From an uncultured Chloroflexia bacterium (lineage in GTDB: Bacteria > Chloroflexota > Limnocylindria > Limnocylindrales > CSP1-4): a stretch of 64,000 nucleotides of DNA. The notes beneath the pieces were generated by a model that did no database searches, was not told the DNA's origin, and was given only the letters and a program-made list of their open reading frames with translations. The DNA is taken from assembly GCA_963755995.1 (NCBI GenBank), contig CAVWLQ010000003.1, forward strand, positions 981,580-1,045,579. Direction: 5' to 3'. The position numbers and the translations under genes are program-made. How positions within the stretch are numbered: position 1 is the stretch's first letter; each line of letters starts with the position of its first letter. Shown here in pieces: positions 23,072-32,207 of the stretch.

Positions 23072-25821
23072 CCGAGAGCCATATCCGCCCGCTGCTCGAG
23101 ACCAAGCTCTACGTCCCCACGCTGCGACGCGGTCTGGTGACACGTCCGAGACTGAGTGAGCGGCTGAACCGCGGTGGCGAGTCGAAGCTGACCCTGGTCT
23201 CCGCGCCCGCCGGCTTCGGCAAGACCACCCTGCTGGCCGAGTGGCTGGCATCCACTCCGGTCGAGAAGCAGACGGCGTGGCTCTCGCTCGACCCAAGCGA
23301 CAACGAGGCCGCACCCTTCTGGCCCTATGTGATCGCTGCGTTGCAGACGGCGGCGCCTGGGATCGGCGCAACTGCTCTCTCCCTCCTGCAGGGCCCCCAG
23401 CCACCGCCGATCGAGACGGTCTTCGCGACGCTGCTCAACGAGCTCAGCGCTCTGCCGAACGACGTCGTGCTGGTGCTCGACGACTACCACGTGATCGACG
23501 CGCACGACATCCAGGACGGGATGGCGTTCCTGCTGGAGCACCTGCCGCCGCGGCTGCACCTCGTGATCACTACCCGCGCCGACCCTGCGCTGCCGCTGGC
23601 TCGCCTGCGGGCGCGTGGCGAACTCGTCGAGATCCGTGCGGCCGACCTGCGCTTCACGCCGGAGGAGGCCGCCGCGTACCTCAACGAGGTGATGGGGCTG
23701 GATCTCGGGGCGAGCGAGGTTGTCGCGTTGGAGGCGCGGACCGAAGGGTGGATCGCCGCCCTCCAGCTGGCAGCGCTCTCGATGCAGGGCCGAGACGACG
23801 TCGCGGGCTTCATCGCGGGATTCGCCGGGGACGACCGCTACATCGTCGACTACCTGGCCGACGAGGTCTTGCACCGTCAACCCGAACATGTCCGCCAGTT
23901 CCTACTGCAGACCTCGATCCTGGGTCGGCTGACTGGCCCGCTCTGCGATGCCGTTACTGGTCATGAGGGCGGCACGGCGATGCTGGAGGCGCTCGATCGC
24001 GGGAACCTCTTCCTCGTCCCGCTTGATGACCGCCGGCGCTGGTATCGCTACCACCAGCTCTTTGCCGACGTGCTGCGCACGCGCCTCTTCGATGAGCAGC
24101 CAGCGTGGGTGCCCGACCTGCACCGTCGTGCCAGCGACTGGTACGAGCACAACAGTGACCGCTCCGAGGCAATCCGGCACGCGCTGGCGGGCGAAGACTT
24201 CGACCGAGCCGCCAGCCTGATTGAGTTGGCGGTGCCGGCGCTCCGGCAGGGTCATCATGAGGTGACGGCGCTCCGGTGGCTTAGGGCGCTACCGGATGAG
24301 GTCATCGGGCCAAGACCGGTCCTGAGCGTCGCCTACGCCTGGGCGCTGTTGTCCATCGGCGAGCTCGAGGACGTCGAGCGCCGTCTGGGAGACGGCGAGC
24401 GCTGGCTCACGGCGCCCCACGGTGTGCCAGATGAAGCCGGAGCCGGGCGGCCGGAGATGGTTGTCGTAGACCGGCGCGAGTTCAGCCTCCTGGCTGCGCT
24501 GATCGCGGTCTACCGAGCCGTGCTTGCCCAGATCCGAGGCGACGTCGCGACGACCGTCCGGCACGCTCGCGAGGCACTGAATCTGGCTCCCGAGGACGAC
24601 GATCTCCTCCGCGGGGCAGCGGAGGCGCTCTTGGGATTGGCCACATGGGCGAGCGGGGACCTCGAGACCGCGCATCGAATCTACGGCGCTGGGATGGCGC
24701 GGGTGCAGCGGTCTGGCAGCCTCTCTGATGCGCTCGGTGGTGCGATCGCCCTGGCGGACATCCGGATCACCCAGGGACGGCTGCGTGACGCGATCCGGAC
24801 GTACGAGCAGGCATTGCAACTGTCGGCGAAGCATGGCGAGCCAGTCCTGCGGGCCACGGCGGACATGTACGTGGGACTGAGCGACCTCGCCCGTGAGCAG
24901 GGCGACCTCCAGGCCGCCACACGGCATCTCCAGGCGAGCAAGGACCTGGGCGAGCACATGGGCTACCCGCAGAACCGCTATCGGCTGCATGTCGTGACGG
25001 CCCGCATCCGGCAGGCTGAAGGGGACCTCGATGGCGCGCTCGATGCAATCCACGAGGCACAGCGCGTGTACATGCCGGACTTCATCCCGGACGTCCGTCC
25101 CTTGCCGGCGCAAGAGGCGCGAATCCTGCTCAGGCAGGGGCGGTTGGCCGAAGCGAATGCGTGGGCTCGGGCGCGAGGCCTGTCGCCTCACGACGACCTG
25201 ACGTATCTGCGCGAGTTCGAGCACGTCACGCTTGCGAGGGTGCTCCTGGCCCAATCCACGCTGGACCCTTCGGACGGGTCTGCCCGTGACGCCCTCGCGC
25301 TACTGGGTCGCCTGCTGCGAGCAGCGGAGGACGGTCAGCGGACGGGCAATGTCATCGAAATCCTTGTCCTGCTGGCGCTTGCCCACCAGGTGCGAGGCGA
25401 CATGCCTGCCGCTCTTGCCGCCCTCGGACGTGCCCTGGCGCTCGGCGAACCGGAAGGCTATGTTCGCGTCTTCCTCGATGAGGGCCCACCCATGGCGGCC
25501 CTGCTGCAGGACGCCGCGAACCGGGGAATCGCCCCGGACTACGTTCGCCGCCTTCTGACGGCCGCTGTCCGCCCCGAGGACAACGCCGGGAACAAGGAGG
25601 CGCTCATCGAGCCGCTGAGCGACCGTGAGCTTGACGTGCTGCGGCTGCTTGCAACGGATCTGGCCGGACCGGAGATCGCCCGTGAGCTCGTGGTGTCGCT
25701 GAGCACGGTGCGGAGCCACACCAAGGCCATCTACGCAAAGCTCGGCGTGAACAACCGCCGGTCCGCCGTGACCCAGGCCGAGGAACTCGACCTCCTCTCG
25801 CGAGCCCGCGACCGACCGTAG
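23068..25821 (+). CDS. MalT-like LAL / STAND-LuxR transcriptional regulator, copy b
   Basis: The TTG start at 23068 overlaps the SBP stop (TTGA) and gives (M)TESHIRPLLETKLYVPTL..., collinear with the N-termini of copies a and c. It has a P-loop ([13 protein letters not shown]) and a C-terminal HTH ([24 protein letters not shown]). Length 917 aa. Confidence 0.88.
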   Translation: MTESHIRPLLETKLYVPTLRRGLVTRPRLSERLNRGGESKLTLVSAPAGFGKTTLLAEWLASTPVEKQTAWLSLDPSDNEAAPFWPYVIAALQTAAPGIGATALSLLQGPQPPPIETVFATLLNELSALPNDVVLVLDDYHVIDAHDIQDGMAFLLEHLPPRLHLVITTRADPALPLARLRARGELVEIRAADLRFTPEEAAAYLNEVMGLDLGASEVVALEARTEGWIAALQLAALSMQGRDDVAGFIAGFAGDDRYIVDYLADEVLHRQPEHVRQFLLQTSILGRLTGPLCDAVTGHEGGTAMLEALDRGNLFLVPLDDRRRWYRYHQLFADVLRTRLFDEQPAWVPDLHRRASDWYEHNSDRSEAIRHALAGEDFDRAASLIELAVPALRQGHHEVTALRWLRALPDEVIGPRPVLSVAYAWALLSIGELEDVERRLGDGERWLTAPHGVPDEAGAGRPEMVVVDRREFSLLAALIAVYRAVLAQIRGDVATTVRHAREALNLAPEDDDLLRGAAEALLGLATWASGDLETAHRIYGAGMARVQRSGSLSDALGGAIALADIRITQGRLRDAIRTYEQALQLSAKHGEPVLRATADMYVGLSDLAREQGDLQAATRHLQASKDLGEHMGYPQNRYRLHVVTARIRQAEGDLDGALDAIHEAQRVYMPDFIPDVRPLPAQEARILLRQGRLAEANAWARARGLSPHDDLTYLREFEHVTLARVLLAQSTLDPSDGSARDALALLGRLLRAAEDGQRTGNVIEILVLLALAHQVRGDMPAALAALGRALALGEPEGYVRVFLDEGPPMAALLQDAANRGIAPDYVRRLLTAAVRPEDNAGNKEALIEPLSDRELDVLRLLATDLAGPEIARELVVSLSTVRSHTKAIYAKLGVNNRRSAVTQAEELDLLSRARDRP

Positions 25822-25891
25822 CCCAGGCGCGAAGCCCCGGTCGGCCGCCGCAAGTCGCCTCGCGGCTCGATCGAAGATTCATCACCTCGAA

Positions 25892-25920
25892 TCCCCACAT
25901 GTGGGGATGCTCGCTCCCCA
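25892..25920 (+). promoter_or_regulatory. tripartite operator-like repeat TCCCCA-N4-TGGGGA-N7-TCCCCA upstream of small gene b
   Basis: Half-sites at 25892-25897, 25902-25907 and 25915-25920. The first two form the perfect 18-bp palindrome ATCCCCACATGTGGGGAT. The repeat lies 63 bp upstream of ATG 25984. Confidence 0.55.
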
Positions 25921-25983
25921 CGTCCGCTCCGATGCTCGGGACCACGCCGGCAGACAGATCGCAGGACCGGCGGAAGGGAGCAG

Positions 25984-26259
25984 ATGAGCGGAACGACACG
26001 CATCGACGGTGACCGTCACGAGGACGGCCGCTACGAGATTCGCCTCAAGGGACACCTGGATGGCCGATGGGCTGCCTGGTTTGACGGCCTGAGCCTCAGC
26101 CACGAGAGCGACGGCGTCACCGTCATCCGTGGCGGCGTACCCGATCAGGCGGCGCTCCATGGCCTGCTCCAGAAGGTGCGCGACACCGGACTACCACTGC
26201 TCTCGGTGACGCACGTCGACGCCGATCCGACCGGGACGCCAGGCGCCGAGCCTCGATAG
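25984..26259 (+). CDS. conserved small protein of unknown function (RYEIRL...DQAALHGLLQK-R family), copy b
   Basis: 91 aa, with GGAAGGGAG upstream. Core: RYEIRLKGHLDGRWAAWFDGLSLSHESDGVTVIRGGVPDQAALHGLLQKVRDTGLPLLSV. Confidence 0.8.
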   Translation: MSGTTRIDGDRHEDGRYEIRLKGHLDGRWAAWFDGLSLSHESDGVTVIRGGVPDQAALHGLLQKVRDTGLPLLSVTHVDADPTGTPGAEPR

Positions 26260-26290
26260 CCCAATACGAACGAACGAAAGGGAAACCGAC

Positions 26291-27100
26291 ATGACAACCG
26301 CCGATCGAACCGCGGCAACGAAACGACCGCCGATGGACTCGATGCGGAAGACCGCGCTCGTCGCGGGCATCCTCTACCTGATCACCTTCATTTCGGTCGC
26401 GACACTGACCCTCTACGGCCCCGTGTTGAAAGATCCGGCCTACATCCTGAGCTCCGGAAGCGACGCCGGCCTGCGTTGGGGCGCCCTCATCGACGTGATC
26501 GTCGCGCTCGCCGGCATCGGCGCCGCCATCACGCTGTACCCGGTCGTCAGGCGCCAGAACGAGGCCGTCGCCCTTGGGTTCGTTACCTCCCGCGTCATCG
26601 AGGGCGCGATGCTCCTCACGGGTGTCGTGAGCCTTCTCTCGCTCGCGTCGCTGCACCAGGTGGGCGCCGCGGCCGGCGCCGACTCGACCGCGCTTCTCAC
26701 CAGTGGCGCCTCGTTCGTCGGGACGTACAACGCGGCGTTCCTGATCGGCGGGACCCTCATGCCCGCGGTGAATGCCCTTCTGCTCGGGTACCTGATGTAC
26801 CGATCCAGCCTCGTGCCGCGACTCATTCCCGCGATCGGACTCGTCGGCGGCGTCTTGATGACGTCTTCCGCGATCGGACAGATCCTCGGCATCAACGAGA
26901 AGATCTCGGTGTGGTCCCTCATCGCACTCCTGCCGATCTTTCTCTGGGAGCTGTCACTCGGCATGTGGATGACCTTCAAGGGGTTCCGCAAGGAAGCGCC
27001 GCTGATGGTCGAGGCCGCGGCCGAGGCGGAGAGCCCGCACGGATCGGCACCGGCAGTCCTGTCACCGATCCCCGTCGCGACGACGGCGGGTGCAGCGTGA
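26291..27100 (+). CDS. DUF4386 membrane protein, copy b
   Basis: 269 aa, intact. RKTALVAGILYLITFISV...ALLPIFLWELSLGMWMTFKGFRKEAP. Confidence 0.85.
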   Translation: MTTADRTAATKRPPMDSMRKTALVAGILYLITFISVATLTLYGPVLKDPAYILSSGSDAGLRWGALIDVIVALAGIGAAITLYPVVRRQNEAVALGFVTSRVIEGAMLLTGVVSLLSLASLHQVGAAAGADSTALLTSGASFVGTYNAAFLIGGTLMPAVNALLLGYLMYRSSLVPRLIPAIGLVGGVLMTSSAIGQILGINEKISVWSLIALLPIFLWELSLGMWMTFKGFRKEAPLMVEAAAEAESPHGSAPAVLSPIPVATTAGAA

Positions 27101-27564
27101 CCGCCACCGAGGCGCGGCCGACTCGTGTCCCGCCGCGAGTGGTCATCCGTGTTGTCTGGCTGCTGCACCGCGCACTCCTTCGGTTCAGCGGGGGACGGGT
27201 CGGGCTGCGGGCTCCGGGCGACAAGTTCGGGCTGCTGCGCCTGACGACGGTTGGGCGCCGCTCGGGTCAGCCACGAGTCGCGATCGTTGGGTACTACGAG
27301 GACGGCCCGAACCTGGTCACGTTGGCGATGAACGGCTGGGCCGAGGCCGACCCCGCGTGGTGGCTGAACCTGCAGGCGCACCCGGACACCGTCGCCGCGT
27401 TGGATGACGGCGTGCGTTACGTCCGTGGTCGCGCGGCGGAAGGCGCGGAGCGCGATCGGCTCTGGGCTCGGTGGGTCGAGTTCAGCGACCAGTACGACGC
27501 TTGGGCCGCGCTGCGCTCCGGGAGGACCGCGGTGGTCGTGCTCGAGCCTCGCGCCGCCGCGTGA
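27097..27564 (+). CDS. deazaflavin (F420)-dependent nitroreductase family protein (TIGR00026), copy b
   Basis: The GTG at 27097 overlaps the DUF4386 stop (GTGA). 155 aa: ...GRRSGQPRVAIVGYYEDGPNLVTLAMNGWAEADPAWWLNLQAHPDT...ERDRLWARW... Confidence 0.85.
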   Translation: MTATEARPTRVPPRVVIRVVWLLHRALLRFSGGRVGLRAPGDKFGLLRLTTVGRRSGQPRVAIVGYYEDGPNLVTLAMNGWAEADPAWWLNLQAHPDTVAALDDGVRYVRGRAAEGAERDRLWARWVEFSDQYDAWAALRSGRTAVVVLEPRAAA

Positions 27565-27567
27565 CGA

Positions 27568-27602
27568 GCGAGAGTCCCGGACGCAGCCTCCGGGACTCTC
27601 GC
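27568..27602 (+). terminator. strong hairpin separating cassette b from cassette c
   Basis: GCGAGAGTCCCGG-ACGCAGCCT-CCGGGACTCTCGC is a perfect 13-bp stem beginning 4 nt after the stop codon. No clear U tract follows. Confidence 0.55.
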
Positions 27603-27690
27603 CACGCAACGTGGATGCGGGGCCCATCCGCGGCGGCTCTTCGACGCCATGATGCGCCGTCGCGATCGGGCCCTTGAGGTACCGTGAGGC

Positions 27691-30441
27691 GTGACCAGTT
27701 CACTGCTCGAAACCAAGTTCTACCCCCCGAGGCAGCGCAGTGGCCTGGTGCCCCGGCCACGCTTGACAGAGCGCCTCGATCGCGGCGTCCAGTCCAAGTT
27801 GACGCTCGTCTCAGCACCAGCTGGCTTCGGGAAGTCCACGCTCGTGGCCGAATGGCTTGCGGCGACACCCGCCGAAGGACCGCTCGCCGCGTGGCTATCG
27901 CTCGACGCGAGCGACAACCATCCGATGGCGTTCTGGACTCACGCGATCGTGGCCCTGCAGAAGGTGGAGCCAGCGGTCGGCGCCAGTTCGCTGTCCCTGC
28001 TCGAAGCATCCGGCCCATCGATCGAGACCGTCCTTGCGCCGCTCCTCAACGACCTCGACCTTGTAGCGAAGGACATCGTTCTGGTGCTCGACGACTACCA
28101 CACGATCGAGGCACCGGAGATCCAGGTCGGCATCACGTTCATGCTCGAGCACCTTCCGGCCAATGTGCATCTGGTGATCACCACCCGCGCCGATCCGGTC
28201 CTGCCGCTGGCGCGAATGCGGGCGCAGGGGGAACTGGTCGAGGTCCGTGCCGCGGACCTGCGCTTCACGCCGGACGAGGCCACGGCCTACCTCAACGACG
28301 TGATGACGCTGGGGCTGACTGCTGGAGATGTCGCCACGCTGGAAGGTCGGACCGAAGGCTGGATCGCGGCTCTCCAGCTCGCGGGACTCTCGATGCAGGG
28401 GCGAAACGATCACGCCGCCTTCATCGCCGGATTTGCCGGCGATGACCGCTACATCGTCGACTACCTGGTCGAGGAGGTCTGGCAGCGTCAACCGGACCAC
28501 CTCCGCGACTTCCTGTTGCAGACCTCGATCCTGGCCCGCATGACCGGCCCACTCTGCGATGCCGTCACCGGCCAGGCTGGCGGCAAGGCGACCCTGGAAG
28601 CGCTGGATCGACGGAACCTGTTCCTGATCCCGCTCGACGACCGGCGACGGTGGTATCGCTACCACCACCTGTTCGGCGACGTCCTGCAGACGCGTCTGCT
28701 CGACGAGCAGCCCGAAGTCCTCGCGGAGCTGCATCGGCGGGCAACCGAGTGGTACACGCAGGAAGGGGAACCCGACGAGGCGATCCGCCACGCGATCGCG
28801 GGCGGCGACTTCGAACGTGGGGCGGACTTGGTCGAGTTGGCGATCCCCGCGATGGGCCGTGACCGTCGGGAGGCGACCTTACGTCGGTGGCTCGAGGCGC
28901 TCCCGGAAGAGTCGATCCGCGTCCGCCCCGTGCTGAGTGACGGCTATGCCGGTGCGTTGCTCGTCCGCGGCGAGATCGACGGGGTGGAGGCACGCTTGGC
29001 GGACGCCGAGCGGTGGCTCAAGCTGACGGCCGAGTCGCTTGCCGGCGAGGGATCCCGGCCGGTCGCGATGGTGGTCGCGGACGAAGCGGCGTTCCGCAGT
29101 CTGCCGACGTCGATCGCCATCCACCGAGCCGGGTTGGCCCGGAAGATCGGGGACGACACCGCGACGGTGACCCACGCGCGCCGCGCCCTCGAGCTCGTCG
29201 GCGAGCACGATCATCTCGGGCGCGGTGGCGGCGCCGCGCTCCTGGGCCTCGCTTACTGGGCCGTCGGCGACTTGGACGCGGCGCAGCGGTCCTACGCCGA
29301 TGCCATTTCCAGCCTGGAGAAGGCGGGGCACCGATCGGACGAGATCGGCCTGGCCCTCGGCCTGGCCGACATGCAGATCGCGCAAGGCCGTCTCCACGAT
29401 GCGCTGCGGACCTACGAACGAGGACTGGAGCTTGCAACAGGTGAGGGCGGCGACGTCCTCCGTGGAGCGGCTGATATGCACGTAGGCATCAGCGAGATCC
29501 TCCGTCAGCGCGATGACCTCGTCGGCGCGGCGCGTCACCTGCAGTCGGCCTCGGAGCTCGGTGAGGAGAATGGCCTGCCGCAGAACCCGTACCGGTCGCG
29601 CGTGGCCGCCGCTCGGATCAGGCTGGCGGTGGGAGACGTCGAGGCGGCCCTCCAACTCCTGGGGGAGGCGGACCGCCTGTACGCGAATGACTTCTCGCCC
29701 GATGTGCGCCCGGTCAGTGCCCTTCGGGCACGGGTCTGGATCACGCAAGGACGGCTCCCCGAGGCCCTGAGCTGGGCACGCGAGTCTGGCCTTTCAGCCG
29801 CGGATGAGCTCGACTATGTCCGCGAGTTCGAGCACATCACCTTGGCCAGGCTGCTGCTCGCCCAGGGAGTGCGCGACCGACCCGGCACCGGCCGCGGAGA
29901 CGCGATCGATCTCCTCGAGCGGCTCCTCGCGGCAGCCGAGGACGGCGGGCGAACGGGCAGCGTGATCGAGGTCCTGGTCGTCCAGGCTCTCGCTCGGTGG
30001 GCGCTCGACGACGCGCCGGGTGCGCTCGGGTCGCTCGAGCGCGCGGTGAAGCTCGCGGAGCCGGAAGGCTACGTCCGCGTCATCGCCGACGAGGGCCCGA
30101 CGATGGCAGCGCTGCTGCGTTCGGTGACACAGCGGCGGGACGCGTCCGACTACCTGCGCACACTCCTGGCCGCCACCGTCACCCCGGCTGCGCCGGCGCC
30201 GGCCGATCGGTCACTGGTCGAGCCGCTCAGTGAACGTGAACTCGAGGTCCTCCGCTTGCTCGGCGGCGACCTCGACGGCCCTGACATCGCGCGGGAACTC
30301 ACGGTGTCGTTGCCCACCGTCCGGACGCACACCAGCAACATCTACTCGAAGCTGGGCGTCACGAGTCGCCGCGCCGCGGTCCGTCGCGCCAGCGAGCTCG
30401 GTCTCCTCCAGAGCGGCGACGGGCGACGCACCACCGGCTGA
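27691..30441 (+). CDS. MalT-like LAL / STAND-LuxR transcriptional regulator, copy c
   Basis: 916 aa, GTG start with GAGG upstream. MTSSLLETKFYPPRQ..., P-loop VSAPAGFGKSTLV, C-terminal HTH LPTVRTHTSNIYSKLGVTSRRAAV. I estimate roughly two-thirds identity to copy b by eye. Confidence 0.9.
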   Translation: MTSSLLETKFYPPRQRSGLVPRPRLTERLDRGVQSKLTLVSAPAGFGKSTLVAEWLAATPAEGPLAAWLSLDASDNHPMAFWTHAIVALQKVEPAVGASSLSLLEASGPSIETVLAPLLNDLDLVAKDIVLVLDDYHTIEAPEIQVGITFMLEHLPANVHLVITTRADPVLPLARMRAQGELVEVRAADLRFTPDEATAYLNDVMTLGLTAGDVATLEGRTEGWIAALQLAGLSMQGRNDHAAFIAGFAGDDRYIVDYLVEEVWQRQPDHLRDFLLQTSILARMTGPLCDAVTGQAGGKATLEALDRRNLFLIPLDDRRRWYRYHHLFGDVLQTRLLDEQPEVLAELHRRATEWYTQEGEPDEAIRHAIAGGDFERGADLVELAIPAMGRDRREATLRRWLEALPEESIRVRPVLSDGYAGALLVRGEIDGVEARLADAERWLKLTAESLAGEGSRPVAMVVADEAAFRSLPTSIAIHRAGLARKIGDDTATVTHARRALELVGEHDHLGRGGGAALLGLAYWAVGDLDAAQRSYADAISSLEKAGHRSDEIGLALGLADMQIAQGRLHDALRTYERGLELATGEGGDVLRGAADMHVGISEILRQRDDLVGAARHLQSASELGEENGLPQNPYRSRVAAARIRLAVGDVEAALQLLGEADRLYANDFSPDVRPVSALRARVWITQGRLPEALSWARESGLSAADELDYVREFEHITLARLLLAQGVRDRPGTGRGDAIDLLERLLAAAEDGGRTGSVIEVLVVQALARWALDDAPGALGSLERAVKLAEPEGYVRVIADEGPTMAALLRSVTQRRDASDYLRTLLAATVTPAAPAPADRSLVEPLSERELEVLRLLGGDLDGPDIARELTVSLPTVRTHTSNIYSKLGVTSRRAAVRRASELGLLQSGDGRRTTG

Positions 30442-30504
30442 CGCGCGTCCTCTCAGGCGTGCCCGCGTAGCGACTCGGTCGCTCCTGAAAATCATCACGC
30501 CACT

Positions 30505-30532
30505 CATCACGTGTGCTGATGCGCGCTCATCA
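30505..30532 (+). promoter_or_regulatory. tripartite repeat CATCA-N7-TGATG-N6-CATCA (part of three TCATCAC repeats) upstream of small gene c
   Basis: TCATCAC occurs at 30492, 30504 and 30527. An inverted TGATG lies at 30517-30521. The outer direct repeats are 23 bp apart start-to-start, the same as in copies a and b, but the half-site sequence differs. Confidence 0.4.
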
Positions 30533-30614
30533 CATTCGCCTCCACGGTGTGTCCAGTGACTCAGGCCGGTACTGCCGGCCCGAGATCCAGATGGCAACAC
30601 GCACGAGGAGCGGA

Positions 30615-30890
30615 ATGACCGAACCACACACCTTGACACCCCGTCCCCCCGAAGCCGGGCGCTACGAGATCCGGCTCGCGGGGCACCTCGACGCGCGCTG
30701 GACCGCCTGGTTCGACGGACTGACCGTCGCCTACGAGAGCGACGGGACCACCGTCATCAGCGGTCAGGTCGCAGACCAGGCAGCGCTCCATGGCCTGCTC
30801 CAGCGCGTGCGGGACCTTGGCCTACCCCTGGTATCGGTCGAGCGGGTCGACATCGACCAGCCCGACCTGCCCACCAACCTCCTTCGATAG
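30615..30890 (+). CDS. conserved small protein of unknown function (RYEIRL...DQAALHGLLQ-R family), copy c
   Basis: I prefer ATG 30615, which has GAGGAG 5 nt upstream and gives 91 aa, the same as copy b. Core: RYEIRLAGHLDARWTAWFDGLTVAYESDGTTVISGQVADQAALHGLLQRVRDLGLPLVSV. Confidence 0.78.
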   Translation: MTEPHTLTPRPPEAGRYEIRLAGHLDARWTAWFDGLTVAYESDGTTVISGQVADQAALHGLLQRVRDLGLPLVSVERVDIDQPDLPTNLLR

Positions 30891-30908
30891 TCCCGAAAGG
30901 ACACAGAC

Positions 30909-31707
30909 ATGACTACCAACATCGCGAACCGACTCTCGATGAGCTCGATGCGCAAGATCGCGCTCGTCGCGGGCGTCCTGTACCTGCTCACGTTCATCAG
31001 CTCGATCCCGGCCGTCTTCCTGCAGAGCCCGGTCCTGAACGATCCCAACTTCATCATCGGCAGCGCCGGCGCCGACACCCAGGTCCGCCTCGGCGCCCTC
31101 TTCGACATCGTCAATAGCCTCACCGCGATCGGGACCGCGATCGCGCTCTATGCGGTCATCAAGCGCCAGAGCCAGAGCTTCGGCATCGGCTTCGTCTGCT
31201 CGCGGCTGTTCGAAGGCACCGTCCTCATGATCGGCGTCATCAGCATCCTGTCGATCGTGACCCTGCAGCAGCCTGGCGCGACCGGAGCCGAGGCCTCACT
31301 GCTGGTCACCGTGCAGCACACGCTCGTGACCGTCCGCAATTGGACTTTCGTGCTCGGGACCGGCGTCCCTGCCCTCAACGCCTTCCTGCTGGGCTGGATC
31401 ATGTACAAGTCGCGCCTCGTCCCGCGTGCGATCCCGGTGATCGGACTCATCGGAGCGCCGCTGTTCACCTCCTGGATCATCGGCTACGTCCTCGGCGTCA
31501 CCGAGCCCGGTACCGCATGGCACGGGATCGGCGGTCGCTCCGATCTTCATCTGGGAGCTGTCCCTCGGCCTGTGGATGACCTTCAAGGGGTTCCGCAAGG
31601 AGGCTCCGCTCATGATCGAGGCCGCCGCCGAAGATGCCAGCCTGGCTGACTCCGCCAGCGTCACCCGCTCGTCGATCGGCGTCGCAGCCAACGCGGGTGC
31701 CGCGTGA
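30909..31707 (+). CDS. DUF4386 membrane protein, copy c, +1 frameshift near 31533
   Basis: ORF 30909..31649 loses the family C-terminus after ...TAWHGIG. Removing one G (GG 31533-31534) restores ...VAPIFIWELSLGLWMTFKGFRKEAPLMIEAAAE... ending at TGA 31705-31707. Length is 799 nt, which is 1 mod 3. Confidence 0.78.
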
Positions 31708-32207
31708 CGGCTATCCGCGAGGGGGCGCCGCGGACACCGCCGCGCCCCCTGATCCGCATCTTCTGGACGCTGCACCGCGCGGCGTACCGGGTCAGCGGGG
31801 GAGGCTTCGGCCTCTCCCGACCGGTCGCCGGCAGCAAGTTCGGGATGCTGCGTCTCGCGACCGTCGGACGTCGGTCCGGCCAGTCGCGGGTCGCGATCAT
31901 CGGCTACTTCGAGGACGGCCCCAACCTCGTCACCCTGGCCATGAACGGTTGGGGCGAGAAGGAGCCGGCCTGGTGGCTGAACCTCCAGGCGCTGCCCGAG
32001 ACGACCGTCGAACTCCCCGGCGAGGCGCGAGCTGTTCGAGCCCGCGCCGCAGCTGGCGAGGAACGCGATCGGCTGTGGGCGACGTTCAGCGACTACCCCG
32101 GCTGGGGTGACGACATCGACGGTCTCGCCCGGCGTCGGTCGTCGGAGACAGCGGTCGTCGTCTTCGAGCCTCGGGCGGCAGCTGGCAAGATCGGAGTCGC
32201 GTCATGA
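31704..32207 (+). CDS. deazaflavin (F420)-dependent nitroreductase family protein (TIGR00026), copy c
   Basis: The GTG at 31704 overlaps the restored DUF4386 stop (GTGA). ...GRRSGQSRVAIIGYFEDGPNLVTLAMNGWGEKEPAWWLNLQALPETTVEL...ERDRLWATF... Confidence 0.85.
   Translation: MTAIREGAPRTPPRPLIRIFWTLHRAAYRVSGGGFGLSRPVAGSKFGMLRLATVGRRSGQSRVAIIGYFEDGPNLVTLAMNGWGEKEPAWWLNLQALPETTVELPGEARAVRARAAAGEERDRLWATFSDYPGWGDDIDGLARRRSSETAVVVFEPRAAAGKIGVAS

Noticed and set aside
26440-29748. Minus-strand ORFs 26440..27627, 27895..28791 and 28879..29748
   Set aside because: Shadows of DUF4386-b, nitroreductase-b and LAL-c.
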